Shown: piece by piece, positions 47,092 through 56,748 of the stretch
Numbering within the stretch: the stretch's first letter is position 1
Layout of the letters: each line of letters begins with the position of its first letter
DNA from: a virus
IMG/VR virus record: IMGVR_UViG_3300018080_000171
Reading direction: 5' to 3' (one strand)
Length of the DNA: 64,000 bases
Notes under the pieces: model-generated
Database searches by the model: none
What the model was told of the DNA's origin: nothing
Seen by the model: the letters and a program-made list of their open reading frames with translations, nothing else
Translations under genes and position numbers: made by a program

Positions 47092-47373
47092 ATGGAAGAT
47101 GATATAAATATAGTAGAGGTCAACACCGAATTAAAGGTCTTGTTTCAATTGAAAATCAATTGGGGACTAGTACATATCTACCCAAAATGTTCTAAAGCAG
47201 AAGCCTTTGCTAACTTGGTCAATAAGAAAACCCTATCACCGAATGATTTGAAACAGATTGCTTACTTGGGATTTAGGATAGACTTTATCGGTATTCCAAC
47301 GTCTGATTATGAAGAGTATAACAATAACGGTTTTGTCGGCTTTCAAAAGTTTTTAGATAATTGGAGCAATTAA
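47092..47373 (+). CDS. small protein (93 aa)
   Basis: AGGAGATTAACAATG start. Confidence 0.4.
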   Translation: MEDDINIVEVNTELKVLFQLKINWGLVHIYPKCSKAEAFANLVNKKTLSPNDLKQIAYLGFRIDFIGIPTSDYEEYNNNGFVGFQKFLDNWSN

Positions 47374-47619
47374 CCACCAGACACTAAAAAATTGAATCTT
47401 ATAGAAGTAATGAGAAAAACCGAAATATCGAAACCTTAAATACTAGCGAAAGAGACGGTGCTTTATGGGCTAAAGTAAGATGGAGATCAGACTCAATAAA
47501 AATAATACGTTTGGCAGTATCGTATAACTGCCCCCCTTTTTTATCTTGTTACCAGACAACCAAAAATCCAATCTTATAGTATTGTAAGGTAATGATAATA
47601 CTATTTTAAGGAGTTGAAA

Positions 47620-47952
47620 ATGGCTAAACGAATAAAAGCACCTCTATCTCTTTTTAACGTCGATACGGCTCAAAAACTTGTAGACCGTCTAAGGTCAGAA
47701 CTCGATTTTTATTCATTCGTATCGGCTCGGATAAGTACGCTGGGCGGCAATGATAACGTTGCGATAATGCTGGCGGTATCGACAGAGACTAAGGGAAATT
47801 GGCAAAATGGAATATTCGAGAACTCGAATTACAGGCGTTTCTCTATCTTTAATGATGGAACAGTTGAGAATTTCACGACTTCTGGACTTAATAAAGTCAG
47901 AAAGTTTACAGCAAAATCAGTAGACGACTTAATAACTCGGTTAAATAAGTAA
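47620..47952 (+). CDS. small protein (110 aa)
   Basis: AAGGAGTTGAAAATG start. Confidence 0.4.
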   Translation: MAKRIKAPLSLFNVDTAQKLVDRLRSELDFYSFVSARISTLGGNDNVAIMLAVSTETKGNWQNGIFENSNYRRFSIFNDGTVENFTTSGLNKVRKFTAKSVDDLITRLNK

Positions 47953-47960
47953 TATCCATA

Positions 47961-47990
47961 GCCCTCTCGGATAAAACCGAGGGGGTTTCT
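47961..47990 (+). terminator. terminator hairpin family CCCTCTCGGATAAAACCGAGGGGG followed by a T-run (copy 1 of at least 7)
   Basis: 9-bp GC-rich stem, a loop, then TTTCTCTT, immediately followed by the promoter motif. Copies near 48911, 49578, 50083, 50365, 50913 and 53172. Confidence 0.6.
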
Positions 47991-48280
47991 CTTATTACCA
48001 GACACCTAAAAATTTAGTCTTATAGTATTGTAAGGAAAACAAAAACTTTATTATAAGGAGCGAAAAATGAGATTGCTAATTGAAAATGAAAAGAATAAAG
48101 AGTTTTATATCAAGATATTCAAGACTTACACTGACGCAAGGCATTGGATAATTAACCACCTCGATTTGTCTTTAAAATGGAGCTGCACCGACATTGGAAC
48201 AATTGACCACCAGACACCTAAAAATCCAGTCTTATAGTATTGTAAGGAAACGATAATATTACTTTTTTGGGAGCAAGAAA

Positions 48281-48502
48281 ATGACTATGAACGGAACTGA
48301 AGTATCAACAAAAATATTCGACAATGCAACTCGTAAAGCAAATGTCGAAAAAACGAATGTAATTATCTTTAAATCAGAAATCGTTATGGGGCGAGGGAAA
48401 ACGGTATCCTACGCAACTGAAAAGCAATTTAACGAAAGCCCTATCCGTCACGAACTCGAACGTATTCAGATGATAACCCCAGAGGGTAGTTTCGTTCATT
48501 AA
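48281..48502 (+). CDS. small protein (73 aa)
   Basis: GGGAGCAAGAAAATG start. Confidence 0.35.
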   Translation: MTMNGTEVSTKIFDNATRKANVEKTNVIIFKSEIVMGRGKTVSYATEKQFNESPIRHELERIQMITPEGSFVH

Positions 48503-48675
48503 ACCGAAAAGAACAAACTTTGGATTAAGGGGCAGAAATGTCCCTTATTCCTTTTTCTCGGAAAACCCACAAAAAAGATCGATTAAATGCTCTTCAAGAT
48601 TAACCACCAGACACTCAAAAATCCAATCTTATAGTAATGTAAGGAAATGATAACTTTATTATAAGGAGTAATGAC

Positions 48676-48903
48676 ATGTTTAATTTTGATGATGATAACA
48701 TATTTCCAGCCGATGCCGACATAGAACAGCGTCAACTAGAACAAGCTGGAAATAGTATTGCAGCGTTGAGGAAACAAGGGATATGCCTTCATGGACATTT
48801 ACAGACTAGAGAGTTCAAATGTCTTGAATGCGGAAAAACATGGGACAATGAAGATGAGATGTATACCGAAATAACTGATCTCCATATTGAATATGGAATA
48901 TAA
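48676..48903 (+). CDS. small acidic zinc-ribbon protein (75 aa)
   Basis: CLHGH..CLECGK. Confidence 0.35.
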   Translation: MFNFDDDNIFPADADIEQRQLEQAGNSIAALRKQGICLHGHLQTREFKCLECGKTWDNEDEMYTEITDLHIEYGI

Positions 48904-48989
48904 CCACAATAGCCTCTCGGATAAAACCGAGGGGCTATATCTCGTTACTAGACAATTAAAAATCTAATCTTATAGTCAGGAGCCCACAA

Positions 48990-49343
48990 ATGCTATCATA
49001 TGTAAACAAAAAGGGTAAGATTATACCTATAACTGTAAAACGTCACGCTTATGCTCAATTTTTTGAAAGATACAAATTAGTTCTACCTAAAAAAGACCTA
49101 CAAAATGCACAAGTCCCAGCCGAGTTCGAAAGACTCTTTTCTATATCCAAAAAGGTGATAAACCTAAACAGAAAAGAGAAAACTAGACTTAAAAGATATG
49201 GAGACGATACAATGTTCTTTCGTACCAATTTCTTTACCTTTGTTGTCCAGAATAGATGCGTTGTAACTGTAGAGATAAGTAATCAGGATAAACGGTATCT
49301 GAATAAGAGACATCACCAGACACCTAAAAATCCAGTCTTATAG
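48990..49343 (+). CDS. small basic protein (117 aa)
   Basis: C-terminus ...HHQTPKNPVL is encoded by the motif. Confidence 0.4.
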   Translation: MLSYVNKKGKIIPITVKRHAYAQFFERYKLVLPKKDLQNAQVPAEFERLFSISKKVINLNRKEKTRLKRYGDDTMFFRTNFFTFVVQNRCVVTVEISNQDKRYLNKRHHQTPKNPVL

Positions 49344-49386
49344 TATTGTAAGGAAATGATAATTTTAATTTAAAAGGAGTAAAAAA

Positions 49387-49569
49387 ATGGCAATGGCAAT
49401 GGCAAAATTCATCAGAGAAAACAGAGATGAAATCACGGCAAGAATCATCAAGCTACATCCAGACCTTGAAAGTCTCAAATCTATAAATGATGAAGAACGG
49501 CGAGTAATGATTATTAACGAGCCAGAACTGACAGAATGGGCAAGAGCAAATGGAGTTGTAATCTCCTAA
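49387..49569 (+). CDS. small protein (60 aa)
   Basis: ATG ORF. Confidence 0.35.
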   Translation: MAMAMAKFIRENRDEITARIIKLHPDLESLKSINDEERRVMIINEPELTEWARANGVVIS

Positions 49570-49680
49570 ATTAACTAGCCTCTCGGATAAAACCGAGGGG
49601 CTATAACCATTTACCAGACACCTAAAAATCCAATCTTATAGTATTGTAAGGTAATGATAACTTTAATTTGGGAGCAAAAA

Positions 49681-50070
49681 ATGAAAACATTAAAAGACAT
49701 TAAATACAGTAGAGATACTAAAGAGATTGCTGAAGTCCTCGCGGCTACGACCATTTTTGATAAGATGGAATTTTCAAACATAACTAAGGAAGCGGTAAAA
49801 GAAAAGCTACATTATCTTGAAACCGTCCAAGTACCAAACCGAGATGTTTTACTTGAAATGGATGATGAAACTCTTGTTTTCTGTTGGCTCAAAAATTGGA
49901 TTCATCCCAAACTTAAACATGCAGCACCAGCCGCACCAGCAGACAAACGAGGTTGCACCCGTAGGGTTTTGGCTATTGATGCTAAAATGGATTCATTACG
50001 CTTTATGGAAAATGGACAACATAACTACAGTTATACGCTCGAAGATGTTAGAAATTGGGTCAATTCATAA
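49681..50070 (+). CDS. small protein (129 aa)
   Basis: GGGAGCAAAAAATG start. Confidence 0.4.
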   Translation: MKTLKDIKYSRDTKEIAEVLAATTIFDKMEFSNITKEAVKEKLHYLETVQVPNRDVLLEMDDETLVFCWLKNWIHPKLKHAAPAAPADKRGCTRRVLAIDAKMDSLRFMENGQHNYSYTLEDVRNWVNS

Positions 50071-50508
50071 CCACAATAACCCTCTCGGATAAAACCGAGG
50101 GGGTTTCTCTTTTTACCAGACACCTAAAAATCTAATCTTATAGTATTGTAAGGTAATGATAATACTATTTTAAAAGGAGCAAAAAAATGACTGATTTAAA
50201 AGAAGCGTTGATAAATGGACAAGATATGTCGCCAGCCGAAGCAGATGAAGTTATTGAGGAGATGAAAGATCGACTTTACGAGGGAGAAGACCCAGAAGAG
50301 TTACTGTATGAACAAGGTCTTGAACCTGATTATATTTTCGACCTTCTCGATTGATAACTAAGCCCTTCGGATAAAACCGAGGGGCTTTCTCTTTTTACCA
50401 GACACCTAAAAATCCAGTCTTATAGTATTGTAAGGAAATAATAACTTTAATTTTGGGAGCAAAAAAATAGAAAAGACAAAAAACACAATCAGTTGGAACC
50501 TCAAACCA

Positions 50509-50904
50509 TTGAATAAAAAAGCCGAAGCAATCTTTAAAAAGATTATCGACGGAGTAACTCCTGATAAGGAAAAATATATCGGTGAAAAAGGTAAGGCAGT
50601 AATGCAAGTTATTGCAGAGCAAATATATCATGAAAACGACTACGGCAAAGTCTATGCAGTAGGTCACTACTTCATACAAAATGGAGATAGAATGTCCGAC
50701 CCCGAAATGACTTTCCTTGTAAACGATTCAGATGGTAAAGTTTATCCACTTTCTTTTGAGATGCACGGAGTTTTGGCGATATATCAAGAATCAGCAATAT
50801 TTACAGATGGTAAGCTATCAAGCAAAATCCCAAAATGGAATAATGAACATAAGAATTTTGCTAATGGTTGGATGGAAAACATAAACAATCAGCAAAGTCT
50901 TTAA
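50509..50904 (+). CDS. small protein (131 aa) with a TTG start; the expected ATG position carries ATA
   Basis: The paralogous RBS context GGGAGCAAAAAA is followed by ATAG rather than ATGN. ATA at 50467 is in frame with the TTG start at 50509. Confidence 0.35.
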   Translation: MNKKAEAIFKKIIDGVTPDKEKYIGEKGKAVMQVIAEQIYHENDYGKVYAVGHYFIQNGDRMSDPEMTFLVNDSDGKVYPLSFEMHGVLAIYQESAIFTDGKLSSKIPKWNNEHKNFANGWMENINNQQSL

Positions 50905-51018
50905 TATTCACAACCCTCTCGGATAAAACCGAGGGGGTTTCTCTTTTTACCAGACAACCAAAAATCCAGTCTTATAGTATTGTAAGGAAAACAAAAACTT
51001 TATTATAAGGAGTAAAAA

Positions 51019-51402
51019 ATGGCAATGAAGACAAAAATACTCTCTTTCGTACCCGAAAGTTTTATGTTTGTTGGGGCAGATCACGACAATGAAGGTAAGT
51101 TGGGTCTTGTAACTTTTATGGAATATTCTGAAATGGATAAAGTAGCTCAACAATCAACAGAAGAAGCGTTGAAAGACGACAAAGGCTATCAAGTTTTAAA
51201 AGATATGGTAGAACGGAAAGTCTATCAAACACCCGACATTCAAGATAAACAAGCTCGGAAAGCATTAAGCGATATTTGGAGTATTTTATACCATAAGTTT
51301 CTTATTGACGAATTAAGACAAAATGGATGGACTATCCTACAATGTAGGTCTGAAGACTTTGAAGGTCTTGATTTAACAAAATATCCCCTACATATTGGAT
51401 AA
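51019..51402 (+). CDS. small protein (127 aa)
   Basis: AAGGAGTAAAAAATG start. Confidence 0.4.
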   Translation: MAMKTKILSFVPESFMFVGADHDNEGKLGLVTFMEYSEMDKVAQQSTEEALKDDKGYQVLKDMVERKVYQTPDIQDKQARKALSDIWSILYHKFLIDELRQNGWTILQCRSEDFEGLDLTKYPLHIG

Positions 51403-51491
51403 GAGGGTAAGATATATCTTGTTACCAGACAACCAAAAATCTAATCTTATAGTATTGTAAGGTAATGATAACTTTAATTTGGGAGCAAAAA

Positions 51492-52394
51492 ATGTCAAGA
51501 AAAAATACAAAATTCGCAAAGCCACTAATGCTAATAGATATATTCGGAACCCCCGATGATGTATTAAATTATGCGGAATTTTACAGAGGAAGATTAGAAC
51601 AAGCCAAAAAAGACCTAAAATCTTTTCCTCCTGAGGAAAGAGAAAACATATTAAAATCTCAATGGCTCGGAACCGATGCCGAGAAAGAGTGGTTCGATGT
51701 CCACAATCCCTGTTATAAAGTCACAAGTTCTGTAATTTCAAAGATAAAAGATATTGAATTGCCTGAACTACTAGATACGATGTTAATGCCATTTAATAGC
51801 TTTCTTATCGTTTTACCAAAAGACGAACATTCGCTGATTGTTGCAGATAAAGGTAGACATTATATTGATGGAGTAATGGTTAGCCTACAAGAAGATAATG
51901 ATAAAACATATATCTGTTTTATCTTTTATATGAGATGGGCAAAAGGCTCGTATATAACTAGCGATGTTTTCAATATGGAACATCCTTTATCTCAACAAGT
52001 CCAAACGAAAATGGGAAATGAGGACTTTAAAGAGGAAAATACTATCTTTATGGAACTGATAAAAACAGCTTTAAAAATATCTTTTATAGCTTCAAATGAG
52101 ATACTTATCGAAAAAGAGAACAAAATACTTGTTTCTAAAAAGAGAAACACAAAAGAAAATGTAAAAGTTATAACAGACTTTATTTGTTCTGATTATAGGC
52201 GATTCCTTTTACCTAATTGGCAAGATATACAATCAGTTTTGTCGGGAATAGGTCATGAACTACATTACCAATTCACAAGAAAAGGACATTGGAGACATTT
52301 TAGAGATAGTTTGGGAAACGTAGTTAATAGGGTTTGGGTACGACAATCTCTTATACGCCCTGACTTGCCAAGGAAAGCCGAGCTTATGAGATAA
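51492..52394 (+). CDS. hypothetical protein (300 aa)
   Basis: GGGAGCAAAAAATG start. The listed 51465 start is inside the motif. Confidence 0.45.
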   Translation: MSRKNTKFAKPLMLIDIFGTPDDVLNYAEFYRGRLEQAKKDLKSFPPEERENILKSQWLGTDAEKEWFDVHNPCYKVTSSVISKIKDIELPELLDTMLMPFNSFLIVLPKDEHSLIVADKGRHYIDGVMVSLQEDNDKTYICFIFYMRWAKGSYITSDVFNMEHPLSQQVQTKMGNEDFKEENTIFMELIKTALKISFIASNEILIEKENKILVSKKRNTKENVKVITDFICSDYRRFLLPNWQDIQSVLSGIGHELHYQFTRKGHWRHFRDSLGNVVNRVWVRQSLIRPDLPRKAELMR

Positions 52395-52483
52395 CATACC
52401 CCTTTCATCTTGTTACCAGACACCTGAAAATCTAATCTTATAGTATTGTAAGGTAATGATAACTTTTTAAAAGGAGCAAAAAA

Positions 52484-52786
52484 ATGAGTTTAGGCGATAA
52501 TACAAAATGCAATTTATCAGCAGGACTTGCAGAAATTGACCTTGCAATACTGACTAAACAGATGGAAATTCACTTCTATGGTCTAATGGATAAGATGAGA
52601 AAAAAGGTAACAGATGTCCAGTATGGCAATATGGCTATCGAGAATAGAAGAGAAGCCTTAGCCTCAATGTCCTCAACTGGCTCAAAAGATATATTGAATA
52701 TGGCTCGAAATATCGCCGAGGTTACGGAGCTTTTACATACTCTTTATGAAACATTCGACAGGGAAATAGAGATTATAAGAGAGTAA
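52484..52786 (+). CDS. small protein (100 aa)
   Basis: ATG ORF. Confidence 0.4.
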   Translation: MSLGDNTKCNLSAGLAEIDLAILTKQMEIHFYGLMDKMRKKVTDVQYGNMAIENRREALASMSSTGSKDILNMARNIAEVTELLHTLYETFDREIEIIRE

Positions 52787-52904
52787 TATCCGTAATAGCC
52801 CCTTGTCAATTAAAGGCGAGGGGCTTTATCTTTTTACCAGACAACCAAAAATTTAGTCTTATAGTATTGTAAGGTAATGATAATACTATTTTAAGGAGTT
52901 GAAA

Positions 52905-53162
52905 ATGACTGCAACCGAAATTATCGCAAAAGCAAACGAATCCGAAGAATGTTGTTTCTCTGATTGTCTCGCTATCGAACTAAAGGGTAAAAAAGACCCA
53001 GCAAAGCTAGTATTCGGAATCTATCAATCTGCGGCGGGACATTATATAGGTCGATATTGTCCAGAATGCGGACCGTTCGACAGACAGAGCGGTTACTTCG
53101 AAACAAGAGAAAAGGCTGAAGAATATCTTGAACAGATGGCTGAATGTTTTGTCGAGATTTAA
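52905..53162 (+). CDS. small Cys-containing protein (85 aa)
   Basis: AAGGAGTTGAAAATG start. The listed ORF begins at a TTG two codons upstream. Confidence 0.4.
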   Translation: MTATEIIAKANESEECCFSDCLAIELKGKKDPAKLVFGIYQSAAGHYIGRYCPECGPFDRQSGYFETREKAEEYLEQMAECFVEI

Positions 53163-53276
53163 TATCAACAACCCTCTCGGATAAAACCGAGGGGGTTTCT
53201 CTTGTTACCAGACAACCAAAAATTTAGTCTTATAGTATTGTAAGGCAATGATAACTTTAATTTGGGAGTCAAAAAA

Positions 53277-53684
53277 ATGTCAACAAAATCAAAAATCAAT
53301 AACGGTACGATAACGCTAATCAATAACGACAAAGGAACTCATTTAACCCTAACTGTCAAAACCGTCAAAAGAGGTCAACTTAAAGGCAAAAGGATTATTG
53401 CTAAGCTAGTCGGTCGAGATAATACAAGAGATTATGAGGGTTTTGGGTTTGTAAATAATGACGATACGATTAGTCTTTGGACCAGGCATCGGAACGCTAA
53501 AAACGCCCAGATTGCTCTTATCGTCCGATCGTTGTTTATCCAAGGAAACGCCAGCCCGTTCGCAAAATGCGTCTCTATGGAAGTCTCAAAGCGTTGTATA
53601 AGATGCAACCGCAAACTAACAACCCCCCAAAGCCTAGCCGATGGAATCGGTCCAGAATGTATTAAAAAAGGCATGGCATTTTAA
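53277..53684 (+). CDS. small basic protein (135 aa)
   Basis: GGGAGTCAAAAAAATG start. Confidence 0.4.
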   Translation: MSTKSKINNGTITLINNDKGTHLTLTVKTVKRGQLKGKRIIAKLVGRDNTRDYEGFGFVNNDDTISLWTRHRNAKNAQIALIVRSLFIQGNASPFAKCVSMEVSKRCIRCNRKLTTPQSLADGIGPECIKKGMAF

Positions 53685-53721
53685 CCCAAACGGGGGGGCA
53701 AAAAACCCCCCAACTTTTTAC

Positions 53722-53750
53722 TTGACAAGCCTATAAAAATATGATATAAT
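53722..53750 (+). promoter_or_regulatory. sigma70 promoter TTGACA-N17-TATAAT
   Basis: Perfect hexamers upstream of two motif copies and gene 53938. Confidence 0.5.
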
Positions 53751-53937
53751 AAAGGTTGAGTAAAAAGATACGAAGGGTCTTATTACCAGACAACTAAAAA
53801 TTTAATCTTATAGTAGTAGTAGGGAGGGAATGATGGACACTAAGAAGACAAGATAGGTCTTGTTACCAGACACTAAAAAATGCAATCTTATAGTATTGTA
53901 AAGAAATAATAATTTTAACTTTTTTGGGAGCAAAAAA

Positions 53938-54705
53938 ATGAATGAAACAAAAGAAAAAATCGCAATCGTACCGATGACAAATATCAATGCTGATAACCTT
54001 GTCGAAATGCTGTTAAATCGCCGCGGAGCAACTTTTGTACGTCTTGACTCCAGAACTACGCCAGATATGGTCAAAACCAATAATCCTTATTGGGATAAAG
54101 CGACAAAGACGATGAGTATTGTCAAGGATTCGTCAACAAACGCTATGATTGGCGTAAACTACAAAAATCTTGTCAATAATGCCCGTAACCGCGAAGCCCT
54201 TAACGAAGTAAAAGAGGCTTTAATGTCGGCTTTAGGATTGTCTGCCAAAGACGCTAAAGCGTACCTCGATTCTCTTCTTTCTGACGCTGGCGAAATGGTC
54301 AATACTAATCCAACTATTTTCGAGCCGAAAGAACGTAAATGGGGCGTTCATATGACCGACAAAGAAGGTCGATTATCTCATACAATGGTCGAGCATACAA
54401 ACAAGCAAGGCGTTTACAATCATTATATACAGATAATGATTATAAACTCAACAACTCCAGTTTATCGCTATGCTGATAGCCTTGATGAAGTATCGGAACA
54501 AGACCTTGAAACGATTAAATCTTTGCTGTCCAAAAAGTCAAGCAATGCCGACCACCAAGGTCTTAAAAAGGAAATCCTAATAAGGGATTACAAGGTACAG
54601 AATGTTAGAACTCTCCGTCTAAATAAGACCGAGTATGTCCTAAGAGACGATGCCGAGGTTGTAGAGTTAACCGATACCAAGACTCCCAAAACTGCTAATG
54701 TCTAG
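53938..54705 (+). CDS. hypothetical protein (255 aa)
   Basis: ATG ORF followed by the hairpin CCGACTGAGAATGTCGG. Confidence 0.45.
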   Translation: MNETKEKIAIVPMTNINADNLVEMLLNRRGATFVRLDSRTTPDMVKTNNPYWDKATKTMSIVKDSSTNAMIGVNYKNLVNNARNREALNEVKEALMSALGLSAKDAKAYLDSLLSDAGEMVNTNPTIFEPKERKWGVHMTDKEGRLSHTMVEHTNKQGVYNHYIQIMIINSTTPVYRYADSLDEVSEQDLETIKSLLSKKSSNADHQGLKKEILIRDYKVQNVRTLRLNKTEYVLRDDAEVVELTDTKTPKTANV

Positions 54706-55050
54706 CAGATAAGTTATGAGAGATAGCCGACTGAGAATGTCGGTTATTCTCTTGCCCTTATTGTAGAGGTTTGGGATAGACTATATAGAAGACCTTTAAT
54801 GTCTCGCCCAGAGACGGTACCAGAAAAGGATATAGGGGGTATGGTATATAGAAGACATAGATAGTAGGTTAAGGGGTAGGGTATCGGATATACTAGGTCT
54901 TTAATGTTTATTTGCGTCACCCCCACCCATACCCTATAGCTATTTTAGTAAGGTATCCCCGTGGTATAGGTGCTAAATCGACATTTTCCACACAGAAAAT
55001 TTTAGGCTCAAAATTAATAGATCTTAAATCTATTCCCCTAATTTGGATTT
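54706..55050 (+). ncRNA. roughly 350-nt non-coding, repeat-rich and structured boundary region
   Basis: Direct repeats TATATAGAAGAC(C/A)T..., GGTCTTTAATGTNT twice, and inverted GGGTAGGGTAT/ATACCCTATagc. No ORF; ends at a TTGAAAGTG promoter. Confidence 0.25.
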
Positions 55051-55091
55051 TGTTCTTGAAAGTGCTTTTAAGTTATGGTAAGATATTCCAC

Positions 55092-55379
55092 ATGAATGAA
55101 CTAGAACTATTTAGAACGAGATGGAATAGATGGCTTGGGCAGAAGTGTCGCAAAGATAAACCCTATTGGACAACTCTCCTTAATACTAATTGGAGAGGTT
55201 GGGCAACGAAAGTATTACTTAAAAATGACATAAATACTTCTAATCTGGTTGCTGCTTGTTTAGATAAAAGAGAGAATGTTAAAAAATATTTCGCGATAGC
55301 GATACAATATGCTGATATGAAAGACCTTTACGCATTAGATAGTTTATATTGTCAAGATAAGATAATTAAGATAAGATAA
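55092..55379 (+). CDS. hypothetical protein (95 aa)
   Basis: Start MNELELF lies downstream of the promoter at about 55050. The listed longer ORF spans the non-coding repeats. Confidence 0.35.
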   Translation: MNELELFRTRWNRWLGQKCRKDKPYWTTLLNTNWRGWATKVLLKNDINTSNLVAACLDKRENVKKYFAIAIQYADMKDLYALDSLYCQDKIIKIR

Positions 55380-55394
55380 TTAAGGAACATAGTT

Positions 55395-55865
55395 ATGCCA
55401 TGTAGAGACGAAAGAAGCATTTATGATAATAACGGCAATCTTCGAGAAATCACGGAATTACAATCTAGACTCGATGAAGTCACTCAAAATCTTTGTTATC
55501 TTTGTGGGAAGGCAGAAACGACTGCCTTACATATCTTAAAAGGCAACAACAGATTGGCTGACTGGTGGAAAGAGCATAAAGCATCTGATACCAAAAGAGT
55601 TACAGAGGCTATGAAAACATTTATAGAAGAAATTTTCGCTGGCGATGTATGTCTAAATGCTAACGTCATAGCTGAGCAATTTATTGCTGACGCTGAGGCT
55701 GTCCACCCTGTTAGTGATTTTCATAAGAAATGGTTTCATAGGCTTGCTAGTCAAGAAGTAAACTCTTTTCTAAAAAGAGAGAGCGAAAACGAGCTAGCTA
55801 AAATTGATATTAAAAATAAATTATCTCCTAAAGAGATAGAATATATTAGAAAGTATGGGATATAA
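55395..55865 (+). CDS. hypothetical protein (156 aa)
   Basis: ATG ORF with an AAGGAACATAG RBS. Confidence 0.45.
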   Translation: MPCRDERSIYDNNGNLREITELQSRLDEVTQNLCYLCGKAETTALHILKGNNRLADWWKEHKASDTKRVTEAMKTFIEEIFAGDVCLNANVIAEQFIADAEAVHPVSDFHKKWFHRLASQEVNSFLKRESENELAKIDIKNKLSPKEIEYIRKYGI

Positions 55866-55868
55866 ATT

Positions 55869-56291
55869 ATGAAAGAGATATTATGTAAATTGGGTCTTCA
55901 CAGACCGTTATTTGGTCATAAGTCCAATTTTACTGATTGTGTATCTGGTAAGATGGTATACAATACTGAATGTAAATGTGGTATTCTGTGGCTAACTGAC
56001 AGTCGTAACAGTTGGTTAGGTAGTAAAATGAAGAGACCATTTCAAAAGTCTCTAACTTTATCTGATTTGAAGCCAGGCGAGAAAGGCATAATTACAGCCA
56101 TTACTTGCAAAGGTGATTTAGCGAAACGTTTAGCAGAGTTGGGTCTCAATAAAGGTGAAGAAGTTGAGTTCGAGCGAATTGCTCCTCTTAACGATCCGAT
56201 AGATATCAAAGTAAGAGGGTATCATGTCTCTGTAGGTAGAAAAGTAGGCAAAACAATTTTAATAAAAAGGGCATGGGAAGATGGGTTATAG
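55869..56291 (+). CDS. hypothetical protein (140 aa)
   Basis: Tightly packed operon-style ORF. Confidence 0.45.
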   Translation: MKEILCKLGLHRPLFGHKSNFTDCVSGKMVYNTECKCGILWLTDSRNSWLGSKMKRPFQKSLTLSDLKPGEKGIITAITCKGDLAKRLAELGLNKGEEVEFERIAPLNDPIDIKVRGYHVSVGRKVGKTILIKRAWEDGL

Positions 56292-56748
56292 AAATTACAT
56301 ATCTATGATAAAGAAAGAAGATTTTGTTGAAGGACAGGATTGGTGGGAATATAAAGATGAAATTGTAGAATTACATGAGTTGGGCAAATACATTGATTCT
56401 GAGATTAGAGACGGTTTGATCGTAGAAAGCGAAAAATTTGCGGAAGATGGAGAATTTGATATCATAAATATTGAGTCTATTCCTCATATTGTCTCTTGTT
56501 ATGCTAAGTCATTTAAGAAGTTCCTTGAGTCATTAAAAGAAGGTACAAATCGAATATATACTTCTGAGTCTTATATTGAAGAGCAGATAAGAAGATGGAC
56601 CGATGCTGATAGTTTAATATATAATATTAAAAAAGATCAAGATAAGTTGGTCAGTAGTTGGGAATATCAATATGAAATTTTCGACTTGATACGTATCTAT
56701 AAGACGTTTGATGTTGAGAATTGTCATTTATTATGGTTAGGACATTAA
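56281..56748 (+). CDS. hypothetical acidic protein (155 aa)
   Basis: Overlaps the previous stop. Confidence 0.45.
   Translation: MGYRNYISMIKKEDFVEGQDWWEYKDEIVELHELGKYIDSEIRDGLIVESEKFAEDGEFDIINIESIPHIVSCYAKSFKKFLESLKEGTNRIYTSESYIEEQIRRWTDADSLIYNIKKDQDKLVSSWEYQYEIFDLIRIYKTFDVENCHLLWLGH

Noticed and set aside
10981-53900. Repeated roughly 40-bp motif separated by variable segments as a CRISPR array
   Set aside because: The spacers are 200-1000-bp protein-coding genes with RBSs, not 30-40-bp spacers. The repeats are not palindromic and no cas genes are present.
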